NCBI GenBank assembly: GCA_035527835.1 | Contig: DATKZS010000116.1 | Coordinates: forward strand, 19,984-83,983 | Direction: 5' to 3' | Source: a bacterium | GTDB taxonomy: Bacteria; RBG-13-61-14; DATKZS01 | DNA length: 64,000 nt | Notes under the pieces: model-generated | The model's input: only the letters and a program-made list of their open reading frames with translations | Told to the model about the DNA's origin: nothing | Databases searched by the model: none | Shown here: one piece after another, positions 41,025 to 49,409 of the stretch | Numbering within the stretch: position 1 is the stretch's first letter | Layout of the letters: each line of letters starts with the position of its first letter | Made by a program: the position numbers and the translations under genes

Positions 41025-41260
41025 AAGAGTTTTACACGGATGGAACGGATTTGAACGGATTTCACGGATCGGACCAGGAGATCAGTGCGATCCGTATCCC
41101 ATCCGTCGGCGTCAAGTTGAATCGCGCCCCTTCAAGTCATCGAGATCAGTGCTCTTTTCCCAGGCTTACGGATGGAAACTGATCTCACGGATTGGGAAGT
41201 TTCCCGCCATTCTCTGATCCGTGACATCCGTCGCATCCGTGTTCATCCGTGTAAATTCTT
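41025..41260. repeat. Composite nonamer-repeat element (two nested hairpins)
   Basis: ACGGAT-containing units on the left arms and ATCCGT units on the right arms; outer ends AAGAGTTTTACACGGATG / CATCCGTGTAAATTCTT. Confidence 0.75.
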
Positions 41261-41638
41261 AAACCCCGCCCGAGGATGATCCACTCTCGAGGGCACAGAA
41301 CCGGACAGAAAAACAAATCCAGCTTCGCGAGTTCGCCCCGCCGGTTACTGCCGAAATGATTTTTATTTCAATCAGGCCATCGGAGCGTATAAAATTTATT
41401 AGCGATAACAGCTACTTGCCTTGCAACCAATGTCTTTTAGATTTTTTTTCTTGAAGAATTTTTCAAAATATGGTATTTTGCAAAATTGAGAAAGGACAAA
41501 AGGGTAGGAGAGTTCCAACACCAAGCACTTCAGGCCAGGCAGTCCCGAGATCAGCAACCGGTAAAACCTGTTCCAAAGCGCCGCGGCCTTTGGCAAGGCC
41601 CCGATATGCGATTATTCCGTGCCATGGGATGGACCGAT

Positions 41639-41812
41639 ATGAATGAGAAAAATCTGGGGGTTGATGAAAAGGGCCTGCGCGACGAGCGCTGCGAATGCGG
41701 CAATCTGCTGTGCAAGGTCTCGGCCGAGGCCATCGAAATCAAGTGCCGCCGCTGCAAAAGGATCCACGTCATCGCGCTGGAACGCCTCGGCCGCGCTCCC
41801 AGGCGCGATTAA
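41639..41812 (+). CDS. Com-family (phage Mu Com-like) zinc-finger protein
   Basis: RCECGNLLCKVSAEAIEIKCRRCK matches the Mu Com pattern RCxxCxxLL-K...IEIxCxRCK; start uncertain (41606/41624/41639). Confidence 0.8.
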   Translation: MNEKNLGVDEKGLRDERCECGNLLCKVSAEAIEIKCRRCKRIHVIALERLGRAPRRD

Positions 41813-41831
41813 TCCCCCGCCGTCCCCGTGC

Positions 41832-41906
41832 GCGGGAGGCAGCCTTCGGCCGGCGACTCTTGATGCTCGAGTGTGGCCGGGTCGCCCGTGGGAGCCGGCC
41901 TCCCAC
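41832..41906. repeat. Inverted REP-like pair (GYGGGAGGC...GGCGAC family)
   Basis: GCGGGAGGCAGCCTTCGGCCGGCGAC (41832-41857) facing GTCGCCCGTGGGAGCCGGCCTCCCAC (41881-41906). Confidence 0.6.
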
Positions 41907-41982
41907 ATTATTTTCCTTTCAGCATGCGCCGCCGCCAAGATTGACAAGGATGAGCAGCCGGCCCCGCGACTGTTGACAAAGG

Positions 41983-42009
41983 GGAGCGGGCGCCCCCGCC
42001 CGCTCCTTT
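41983..42009 (+). terminator. Terminator-like hairpin after the Com-like gene
   Basis: GGAGCGGGCG-CCCC-CGCCCGCTCC-TTT. Confidence 0.5.
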
Positions 42010-42078
42010 CCGGGATTGACAATTCTTCCGCGATGTTCTTTTATAATACCCAGCTTCCCTTCAGGTGGATCTGGCCGC

Positions 42079-43323
42079 ATGGTTTCCAAATTATTATTGA
42101 GCGCGTTCCTGGTCACGGCCGCGCCCTCGCTGAGCGAGGTGAATCCGGTGACGGTCACGGACACGGGCTTCGCCCTTACCTGGACCACCGCCTGGCCCGT
42201 GGCCGGCGCCGTGAGTTACGGGACCGATCCGCGCTCGCTCGCCATGACCGCCTCCGCAACCGGTCCGCGCACCCGCTTCCACTATCTTTCCGTTACCGGC
42301 CTGGCTCCCGGCGTCACGTATTATTACCGCATCCGGATGGGTGATGAGCAGTGGCCCCGGCCTTATCTCCCGCCGCGCTCCGTCACCACCCTTTGCCCGC
42401 CGCCCGGACGGGAGCTCTTCACCTTCGCCGTGATGAACGACCTCCACGCGGGCGAGGACATCGCCGGCGTCTTCTTCCTGCCCGTGCCCGGGATCCCGCC
42501 GCTCACCCCGGGCTTCACCTGGAAAAATCCCGTGGACAATTACTGGTCGTTCACCCTGCGCTCCAGCATCAGCGCCATCAACCGCGCCCAGGCCGACCTG
42601 TGCGTGATCAACGGCGACCTGACCTCGTGGTTCACCCCGGACGAATTCCGGATTGCCAAGTCCTACCTCGACCGCCTCGACATGCCCTATTACGTCACCC
42701 GCGGCAACCACGACCGGGTGGGAGATTATCCGGCGGACTATTTCCTCGAGACCTTCGGACTTGAGTCCTCATGGTACAGCGTTGACCACAAGGGCTTCCA
42801 CTTCATTTTCCTCGACGACAACCGCCTGGCCGACGGCTGGATGGAGGTCCCGGAACAAGAGTTGGGCTGGCTCGAAGCCGACCTGGCCGCGAGCCGCGAT
42901 GCGCCCACCTTCATTTTCGAGCACCATACGGTGGGGGCTTTCTGGGCGGACGTGGACAAAAAAGCCCGCGCCCGCCTGCTCCGCATCTTCGCGAAGAACC
43001 CGCAGGTCGTCGGCGTGTTCAACGGCCACAGCCACCGGGCCAAGTTCACCACCGTGCCCGGGGTCACCGGCGGCCTGCCCTATATCGAGGTCCCCTCGGT
43101 CAAGGAGTACCCGGTGGGCTATGGCCTGGTCAGGGTTTACGAGGGCGGCTTCATGTATAATTTCTTCATGGCCGACTGCCCCGACTGCCTGGAATGGAAC
43201 CACATCACCCGCGGCGAGGATCTGGGAATGGCGCCCCGTCTTCTGAATCGCAAGCTCACCGACCGGAACATGGTATACGTCTTCCCGGCCACGGCGACCC
43301 GAGGAGCAGATGATGAAAATTAA
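42079..43323 (+). CDS. Exported metallophosphoesterase (N-terminal FN3/purple-acid-phosphatase domain + calcineurin-like domain)
   Basis: Signal-like N-terminus; LAPGVTYYYRI; NDLH, NGDLT, RGNHD, HH and GHSH motifs. Confidence 0.88.
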   Translation: MVSKLLLSAFLVTAAPSLSEVNPVTVTDTGFALTWTTAWPVAGAVSYGTDPRSLAMTASATGPRTRFHYLSVTGLAPGVTYYYRIRMGDEQWPRPYLPPRSVTTLCPPPGRELFTFAVMNDLHAGEDIAGVFFLPVPGIPPLTPGFTWKNPVDNYWSFTLRSSISAINRAQADLCVINGDLTSWFTPDEFRIAKSYLDRLDMPYYVTRGNHDRVGDYPADYFLETFGLESSWYSVDHKGFHFIFLDDNRLADGWMEVPEQELGWLEADLAASRDAPTFIFEHHTVGAFWADVDKKARARLLRIFAKNPQVVGVFNGHSHRAKFTTVPGVTGGLPYIEVPSVKEYPVGYGLVRVYEGGFMYNFFMADCPDCLEWNHITRGEDLGMAPRLLNRKLTDRNMVYVFPATATRGADDEN

Positions 43324-43951
43324 CCAGAAAAGGCAGCGGCCCGGCCCCAGAGCCGGCTTTGACCCCGGCGCCCCTGCCCCGAATGCCCCGGCCGGGCCCC
43401 CGCCCGGCGACTATTTCCCGCCACCCGCTGACCCGTACGGCCAATTTTACCAGCAAGGGCCCCTGGGCCAGGCCCCCGGCAAGGGACCCTCCACCGCAAA
43501 GATCATGATCTTCACCGGATGCGGATGCCTCACCTTGATCGGCGTCGCCGTGGCGGCCCTGTTCATCTGGGCCATGACCCTGCCCGACTACGGCGCCATC
43601 CACGGCGACAAGCTCACCCCCGAGATCACCGAGTACCTCTACTCGCACGACCTGCTGGCCGCGGACGAGAACGTCATCTACTTTTACGACAACACCCTCT
43701 ACCTCACCAACGAGGACCTGTGCTTCTTCACCGACCGGAAGATCGTCTCTTACCTGGAAGGAGAACGAAACGACCAGGTCCCATGGGAGGACGTGGAGGA
43801 CATCGAGAGCGGAGAGGCCTTCCTGGCCTTTACCATCACCGTCAAGGCCGAGGACCACCGCTTCCTCAAGTGCGAGATAAAGACCGATGACAACGAAGAC
43901 CTCTTTTACAAGGCCCTGCTCGACACCTGGGAGGAGAAGAAAGCCGAGTAA
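43310..43951 (+). CDS. Hypothetical membrane protein (Pro-rich N-terminus, one TM, possible PH-like domain)
   Basis: Pro/Gly-rich first 60 aa, hydrophobic segment, host-like codon usage; 14-bp overlap with the upstream gene. Confidence 0.7.
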   Translation: MMKINQKRQRPGPRAGFDPGAPAPNAPAGPPPGDYFPPPADPYGQFYQQGPLGQAPGKGPSTAKIMIFTGCGCLTLIGVAVAALFIWAMTLPDYGAIHGDKLTPEITEYLYSHDLLAADENVIYFYDNTLYLTNEDLCFFTDRKIVSYLEGERNDQVPWEDVEDIESGEAFLAFTITVKAEDHRFLKCEIKTDDNEDLFYKALLDTWEEKKAE

Positions 43952-43971
43952 TTGTAAGAAAGGTGTAAGGC

Positions 43972-45002
43972 GGGGTCAGGTCTTAACATTTAACATTCGA
44001 CCTTGACTTCGCTCCCGGGGGGTTGTAAGATTCCGGGCATGGCCCGGCCATGGAGGATAGAATTCCCCGAGGCGGTCTACCACGTGACCGCCCGCGGCAA
44101 CAACCGCGCCGCCGTCTTCCAGGGCGACGCCGACCGCCGCGACTTCCTCGCCCTCCTCGCCGCCGCCGGTCTCCGCTTCAACCTGAAAATCTTCGCCTTC
44201 TGCCTCATGACCAACCACTACCACCTCTTCTTCCGCACCCCCGACGCCAACCTCACCCGCGCCATGCACTGGCTCAACGCCACCTACACCATCCGCATGA
44301 ACCGCCGCCATCGCCGCTCCGGCCACGTCTTCCAGGGCCGGTACAAGGCCATGCTCGTCAGCGACACCGCCCACTGGAGCGTGCTCTCCATCTACATCCA
44401 CCTCAACCCCGTCCGCGCCGGCATCGTCACGCATCCCGCCGACTACGAGTGGTCCAGCTTCCGCGACTACGCCCGCGCCCGACCGCTCCACGACTGGCTC
44501 CGGCCCGATGACGTGATCGCAGACTACGGCGCAACCCCCGCCGCCCGCCGTAAAAGATACGCCGCCGACCTCACGGCCCGGTCCGCGGAGCGCCGCTCAT
44601 ACTGGAAGAATTTTCAGGCCGCGATGCAGGAGGCGGCGCGGGAAGAAATGCGGACGCTCGCCCCGCGCCATCCGCCGCGCGGCAATAAATCCGCGGTCCC
44701 CGAATTCAAATTGGCATCACCCCGGCCCGGCCTCGCCGCCGGCCTGGCCCAGGTCGCCGACGCCTTCGCAACCGACGTCCCGCAAATCCTCTCCACCCGC
44801 CGCAACGGCCCCGCCCGCCTCGCCGCATACTGGCACCTGACCCGGAACCTCGGGATCAGGCCGGGAGAGGTCGCGGCAATCTTCAACATCACCGGCGCCG
44901 CCGTCACCATGGGGGCCAAACGCTTCGAACACAATCTCCAATCCGAAAAGCCCCTCCATGACCAAACAAGGAGGCTAATGTTAAATGTTAAGACCTGACC
45001 CC
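43972..45002. mobile_element. RAYT unit bounded by perfect 26-bp inverted repeats
   Basis: GGGGTCAGGTCTTAACATTTAACATT at 43972-43997 and its exact reverse complement at 44977-45002. Confidence 0.88.
44039..44998 (+). CDS. REP-associated tyrosine (Y1 HUH) transposase with C-terminal helical/HTH extension
   Basis: MARPWRIEFP..YHVTARGNNR, CLMTNHYHL (HUH), HVFQGRYKA, YIHLNPVRAG, YEWSS. Confidence 0.92.
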   Translation: MARPWRIEFPEAVYHVTARGNNRAAVFQGDADRRDFLALLAAAGLRFNLKIFAFCLMTNHYHLFFRTPDANLTRAMHWLNATYTIRMNRRHRRSGHVFQGRYKAMLVSDTAHWSVLSIYIHLNPVRAGIVTHPADYEWSSFRDYARARPLHDWLRPDDVIADYGATPAARRKRYAADLTARSAERRSYWKNFQAAMQEAAREEMRTLAPRHPPRGNKSAVPEFKLASPRPGLAAGLAQVADAFATDVPQILSTRRNGPARLAAYWHLTRNLGIRPGEVAAIFNITGAAVTMGAKRFEHNLQSEKPLHDQTRRLMLNVKT

Positions 45003-45036
45003 ATCCGCCGCCCCATCCGCCTGACCATCCGCCTGA
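45001..45036 (+). repeat. 12-bp tandem repeat x3 at the right RAYT end
   Basis: CCATCCGCC(GCC/TGA) at 45001, 45013 and 45025. Confidence 0.8.
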
Positions 45037-45068
45037 TAAAAAATATATTTATCAATGTCGGCGGCTTT

Positions 45069-46064
45069 TTGCAAAGAAATGTTTGGACTATCGTTCCCGC
45101 GCTGGGCGCGTTAGGCGGGATAATCATTGTAATTGGAATGCCTTTTCTGAACTTTGGAGGCGACAGCTTGCGGGAGAGCTCCAAAAACGCCGAATGCGGC
45201 CATGACCTTCAGGAAAGCCTTCGCGCCTTCAGTCAGCAAATGGATATGCAATATGATATTGGAGCTGATGATTATAAAGTTATTTTTAATACGGGTGAAA
45301 TTCAAAAGGAATATTATCGTGACGGAATACGCTACACTGCGTATTTTCATCTGGATAAAACTGATTCCGGGTGTTGCCTGAAATTCTACAAGCGGGGAAT
45401 GAAGGAGCCCGGCGTTCAAACAACCTCTTTAGGCAACTATGGCAGCATTGCCCTGGATAAATGCCAGTGTAATGGCGGGAAGGACCAGGCTGCCGGGCCG
45501 AGCGGGGAGGGGGAAAAGGTTCAGGAGAGGATTGAGCCCAAAGAGGGGAAAAATTTTATCTGGATCGACCTCGGGAAAAAGGATCAAGCTTTGCTTCTGA
45601 CTCTGGCGCCGAACAGCGGTGATGGGATCACCGAACCGGACGTTAAATCAGGCGTTGATTGCAGGAAATTACCTTTCCCCTATGACGGGTCCGGTGATAA
45701 CCACATGTATTTTGGGATTGATGATGAATTTCTGCGTAGCGGCAATAATGAGGTCTGGATCGTCATGGAATATTTCGACAGCGGGACCCGGATAAACTGC
45801 CAGTATGACGGCAATGGCGCAGGGCCCGTGGACGGAGCGTTCCGGGGAGCTCATGATGGGGCCTTTCCCATGCTGGAGTTAACGAACACCAATACGTGGA
45901 AATTTCATGGATGGCACATCACGGACGGAAAATTCGCCAACCGCTGTAACGGTTTTGATTTCCGGTTCTCAACTCATGCCGGAGGCAGTATGTGGGTTAA
46001 CCGGGTATGGCTTTTCCTTTATGAACCGCCGGACCCTTTCAATCCCGGCGCCATATTGCCGTAA
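45069..46064 (+). CDS. Low-GC hypothetical membrane-anchored two-domain protein; C-terminal domain resembles a carbohydrate-binding beta-sandwich
   Basis: Open frame 44985-46064, TTG 45069 a plausible start; N-terminal TM; C-terminal YFGIDD..VMEYFD.G..QYD..TNTWK..F.N..NGFDFR pattern. Confidence 0.7.
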   Translation: MQRNVWTIVPALGALGGIIIVIGMPFLNFGGDSLRESSKNAECGHDLQESLRAFSQQMDMQYDIGADDYKVIFNTGEIQKEYYRDGIRYTAYFHLDKTDSGCCLKFYKRGMKEPGVQTTSLGNYGSIALDKCQCNGGKDQAAGPSGEGEKVQERIEPKEGKNFIWIDLGKKDQALLLTLAPNSGDGITEPDVKSGVDCRKLPFPYDGSGDNHMYFGIDDEFLRSGNNEVWIVMEYFDSGTRINCQYDGNGAGPVDGAFRGAHDGAFPMLELTNTNTWKFHGWHITDGKFANRCNGFDFRFSTHAGGSMWVNRVWLFLYEPPDPFNPGAILP

Positions 46065-46074
46065 TTCTGGAGAC

Positions 46075-46159
46075 AAACGCAGACGGGGTCAAAACGCAGA
46101 CGGGGTCAAACGCAGACGGGGTCAAACGCAGACGGGGTCAGGTCTTAACATTTAACATT
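46075..46159 (+). repeat. 16-bp tandem repeat x4 running into a third copy of the 26-bp RAYT end
   Basis: AAACGCAGACGGGGTC at 46075, 46092, 46108 and 46124; GGGGTCAGGTCTTAACATTTAACATT at 46134-46159. Confidence 0.9.
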
Positions 46160-46264
46160 GTCCTTTGGGTCTTTGTGGTTCTCTTCTTTTCCCTCTGTCC
46201 GCTTGCCGGCGCGGCGGCGGAGAATAAATATTTTTTCCAGCGAACACTATGGTGGTGCCTCTCT

Positions 46265-46530
46265 TCCCCAGGGGATGCCGTGGACGTCCAACCCTGGGCT
46301 CTGTTAAGGAGGCCCCGTTGGGGCTTTGGAGTGCGATGGCTTGACGTCGCTTTCCGGTCCGGGGCTTGACTCGGACCATTATCGCAGACGTCAATCCATT
46401 ATTGGACTCAGATTCAGCCGGCCCCCGGTTCTTTTCAATATTCCAAGCTTGGACCCGGGTGAATTGAAGAGGAAGAGGGGGCGTCAAGCCGCCCCGAAGA
46501 AAAGCGCCGTCGAGCCGGCGCACTCCAAAG
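46265..46530. repeat. Cluster of further REP-like elements
   Basis: CCCAGGG...CCCTGGGCT...CCCCGTTGGGG unit at about 46265-46323; imperfect inverted pair CTTTGGAGTGCGATGGCTTGACGTCGCTTT (46324-) / AAAGCGCCGTCGAGCCGGCGCACTCCAAAG (-46530). Confidence 0.65.
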
Positions 46531-46562
46531 CGCGTTGCGCCGGCGTTGGGGGAAGGTTCCGC

Positions 46563-46676
46563 CGTCCCGGGACTTCGCGCAATACTCCTGAATAGCTGAA
46601 ACTTGAACCTTCAATCCATACTTCTGCTTGTCCTCGTTTGTTGAGATCCGAACGTACCGCCCTGATTTTTGCGCAC
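46563..46676 (-). pseudogene. 5' remnant of a serine recombinase
   Basis: Manual translation ..GRYVRISTNEDKQKYGLKVQVSAIQEYCAK (Y-x-R-x-S-T catalytic motif, then Q..I.EYC); GGAGA RBS and GTG 46676 one base out of frame across an A5 run; similarity ends near the REP cluster. Confidence 0.6.
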
Positions 46677-46686
46677 TCTCCTGCTG

Positions 46687-46780
46687 GGGGCTTGGGGCTT
46701 GGGGCTAAAGGCGTGGTTCGAGAGGCGCGGCATACGCATCGTCCGTTGCTCCAAGCTTCAAGCTCGACGCCCCAGGCCTC
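46687..46780. repeat. Inverted pair of heptamer arrays
   Basis: GGGGCT(T/A) x3 facing CCAAGCT/TCAAGCT/CCCCAGG-like units. Confidence 0.6.
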
Positions 46781-46837
46781 GCTCGCCGCGGCTCATTGCT
46801 GTTGTTACGCTGAGCGGCGTATGTTAACATTCCGGTT

Positions 46838-49327
46838 ATGAGCCCGCAGTCGAGCCGGCACGAACAGATCCAGGACGCGGCCCTGCGTGACCTGCGCCGC
46901 CGCCGCCGCGAGCGGGTCGGCATCGTGGCCGCGGCCCTGCTCGTCACCGGACTCCTCTACCTCGCCATTCACCTCTCCCGTTTCGCCGAGCAGAGCACCC
47001 TGATGCAGCCGTTCGTCATCTATTTCTTCAACTTCGCGGTCTGGGCGCTGCTGGTGGTCCTGATCCTGGTGCTGGTGTTCCTGATCGTGCGTAACGTGGC
47101 CAAGTTCGTCCTGGAGCGCCGCCGCGGCGTGCTCGGCTCGAAGATCCGCATCCGGCTGATTATGGTTTTCATGTCGCTCACCCTGGGCCCGGCCGCCGTG
47201 CTTTTTTTCCTGTCCACCTTCATTCTCAACACCTCCATCGAGCGGCTCTACTCGCCGCACGTGGCCAACATGGTGAGCTCGTCCAAGGACGTGATCCAGG
47301 CCTCCGCCCGCATCAGCGAGGCCGCCCGCGAGATCGTCGAGGGCAAGTACGAGGCGGACGGCGAGGACGCGCTCCACTTTGCCCAGGAAATCTCCCGCGC
47401 CATCCTGGAGCAGGGATGGATCAGCGCGCTCACCGGCGAGGACACCACGGTCCCCAAACCGGGCCGGCAAGCGGCCGACGCGAACCTGGGAATCTCCACC
47501 GAAAGCGCCCTGGACATGGGCCCGACCGGATCATCCCCCAGCCCGCCCTCCATGAGCGAGCAGCTCTCCCACTTCCTCGAATACAAGCGCCGCGAGTACA
47601 ACCTGGCCTTGGTGGCGGTGTTCGACAAGTCGGGAAGAGCGGTGGTCCGCACCGACGCCCCGGGCTTGAAGCTCCCGGAGGTCCCGGCCGCGGACATCGA
47701 GAAGGCGCTCTCCGGCGAGCAGGGCTTTAACCCTCCGGTGTCGGTGGGGGACGGCGCCGTCATTTACGCGTTTTATCCGGTCCCTCGCCGGGGCACGGAC
47801 AGCAAGGAGATCGCGGGAGTGGCCGCGGCCGGCCGTTACATCAGCTGGATCCCGGAGCGGCAGTGGAAGGAGCTCTCCATCGCCGACGATTCCAAGGACG
47901 TGATCCGCGACTACGAGACCCTGGCCCGGCTCGAACTCCCGGTCAAGGCCTCGTACTTCATCCTCCTCGTCATGGTGACCCTCATCGTCATCTTCCTCGC
48001 CATCTGGTTCGGCTTCTACATGGCCAAGGGCATCACCGAGCCCATCCAGCTCCTGGCCGAGGGCACCGCCATGGTCAGCTCCGGAAACCTCGACTACCGG
48101 ATCGAGGTCGCCGCCGAGGGCGACGACGAGATCTCCACCCTGGTCCGCTCCTTCAATAAAATGACCGGCGACCTCGGAAAGAGCCGCGCCGAGCTGCAGG
48201 AGACCTACCAGAACCTGGCCAAGTCCAACCTCGAGCTCGAACAGCGGCGCCGCTACATGGAGACCGTCCTGGCCCAGGTCGCCGCCGGGGTCATCTCCGT
48301 GGACCGCGAGGAAAACGTCTCCACCGTCAACACCGCCGCCCTGCGCATGTTGGGGAAGAGCGCGGCCAACGAGGTCATGGGCCGGCCCCTGTCCCAGGTG
48401 CTCGGACCCGAGGACATGGAGGTCTACCGCGCCCTGGTCGCCGAGCTGGCCGGCAAGGACAAGGAGATCGTCCAGCGCCAGGTCAACATGGTCAGAAAGC
48501 AGCGCACCGTGGTCCTGCTCATAACCGTGTCCCCCCTCAAGGACGAGAAGGGCAACCCGCTCGGAATGGTCATCGTCATTGACGACATGACCGAGCTGAT
48601 CCGGGCCCACCGCGCCATGGCCTGGAGAGAGGTCGCCCGCCGCATCGCCCACGAGATCAAGAACCCGCTCACCCCCATCCAGCTCTCCGCCCAGCGCCTC
48701 GAACGACGCTACGCCGAGACCCTCCAGGGGGAGGACGCCAAGATCTTCTCCGAGAGCGTCCACACCATCATCACCCAGGTCGAGGAGCTGAAACACCTGG
48801 TCAACGAGTTCTCCCTCTTCGCCCGGCTCCCCTCAACCTCCCCCGAGCCCTCCGACCTCCACCAGATCATCCGCGAGGTCCTGCCCCTCTACCGCGAGGC
48901 CCACGCCAACATCGCCTTCCAGTTCATCGAGGACCCGAGGCTGCCCTCCCTCGAGCTCGACCGCGAGCAGATGAAGCGCGTGCTCATCAACCTCCTCGAT
49001 AACGCCGCCGCCAGCATCGAGGGAGAGGGACAGGTCTTCATCGAGATCATGTACAACCCGCAGCTCCAGCTCGTCCGCCTTGAAATCCGGGACACCGGCC
49101 AGGGCATCCTGCCCCACGTCAAGGACCGGCTCTTCGAGCCTTACTACTCCACCAAGCCCCACGGCTCCGGGCTCGGGCTCACCATTGTCCAGCGCATCAT
49201 CTCCGACCATTACGGGTACATCCGTGTCGTTGACAACGAGCCCCGCGGCACCAAGATGATCATCGAGCTCCCCGTCATCCTGGCCGAGCGCCACGTCCGC
49301 GACCTCGACCGCGCCAAGACCATGTGA
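46838..49327 (+). CDS. NtrY-like sensor histidine kinase (TM-HAMP-PAS-HisKA-HATPase)
   Basis: AWREVARRIAHEIKNPLTPIQLSAQR, NLLDNA, DTGQG, PYYSTKPHGSGLGL. Confidence 0.92.
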   Translation: MSPQSSRHEQIQDAALRDLRRRRRERVGIVAAALLVTGLLYLAIHLSRFAEQSTLMQPFVIYFFNFAVWALLVVLILVLVFLIVRNVAKFVLERRRGVLGSKIRIRLIMVFMSLTLGPAAVLFFLSTFILNTSIERLYSPHVANMVSSSKDVIQASARISEAAREIVEGKYEADGEDALHFAQEISRAILEQGWISALTGEDTTVPKPGRQAADANLGISTESALDMGPTGSSPSPPSMSEQLSHFLEYKRREYNLALVAVFDKSGRAVVRTDAPGLKLPEVPAADIEKALSGEQGFNPPVSVGDGAVIYAFYPVPRRGTDSKEIAGVAAAGRYISWIPERQWKELSIADDSKDVIRDYETLARLELPVKASYFILLVMVTLIVIFLAIWFGFYMAKGITEPIQLLAEGTAMVSSGNLDYRIEVAAEGDDEISTLVRSFNKMTGDLGKSRAELQETYQNLAKSNLELEQRRRYMETVLAQVAAGVISVDREENVSTVNTAALRMLGKSAANEVMGRPLSQVLGPEDMEVYRALVAELAGKDKEIVQRQVNMVRKQRTVVLLITVSPLKDEKGNPLGMVIVIDDMTELIRAHRAMAWREVARRIAHEIKNPLTPIQLSAQRLERRYAETLQGEDAKIFSESVHTIITQVEELKHLVNEFSLFARLPSTSPEPSDLHQIIREVLPLYREAHANIAFQFIEDPRLPSLELDREQMKRVLINLLDNAAASIEGEGQVFIEIMYNPQLQLVRLEIRDTGQGILPHVKDRLFEPYYSTKPHGSGLGLTIVQRIISDHYGYIRVVDNEPRGTKMIIELPVILAERHVRDLDRAKTM

Positions 49328-49349
49328 CTTCCGCGGGCAATGGCCCGGC

Positions 49350-49379
49350 TTGATTTTTCTTGGCCCGCGTCCCTATAAT
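49350..49379 (+). promoter_or_regulatory. Putative sigma70 promoter for lipB
   Basis: TTGATT-18 nt-TATAAT. Confidence 0.45.
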
Positions 49380-49409
49380 AAGCAACATGGGGCCGGAACG
49401 GACGCCGAG

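Noticed and set aside
41399-41596. 65-aa minus-strand ORF divergent from the Com-like gene
   Set aside because: Runs through AT-rich promoter DNA, with no motif or host-like codon usage
46075-46139. Possible CRISPR array (also 26627-26682 and 24294-24361)
   Set aside because: Units are contiguous with no unique spacers, two of the three are too short for CRISPR repeats, and no cas genes are present
41639-46676. Prophage call based on the Com-like gene and recombinase fragment
   Set aside because: No structural, packaging or replication genes; the intervening genes look host-like
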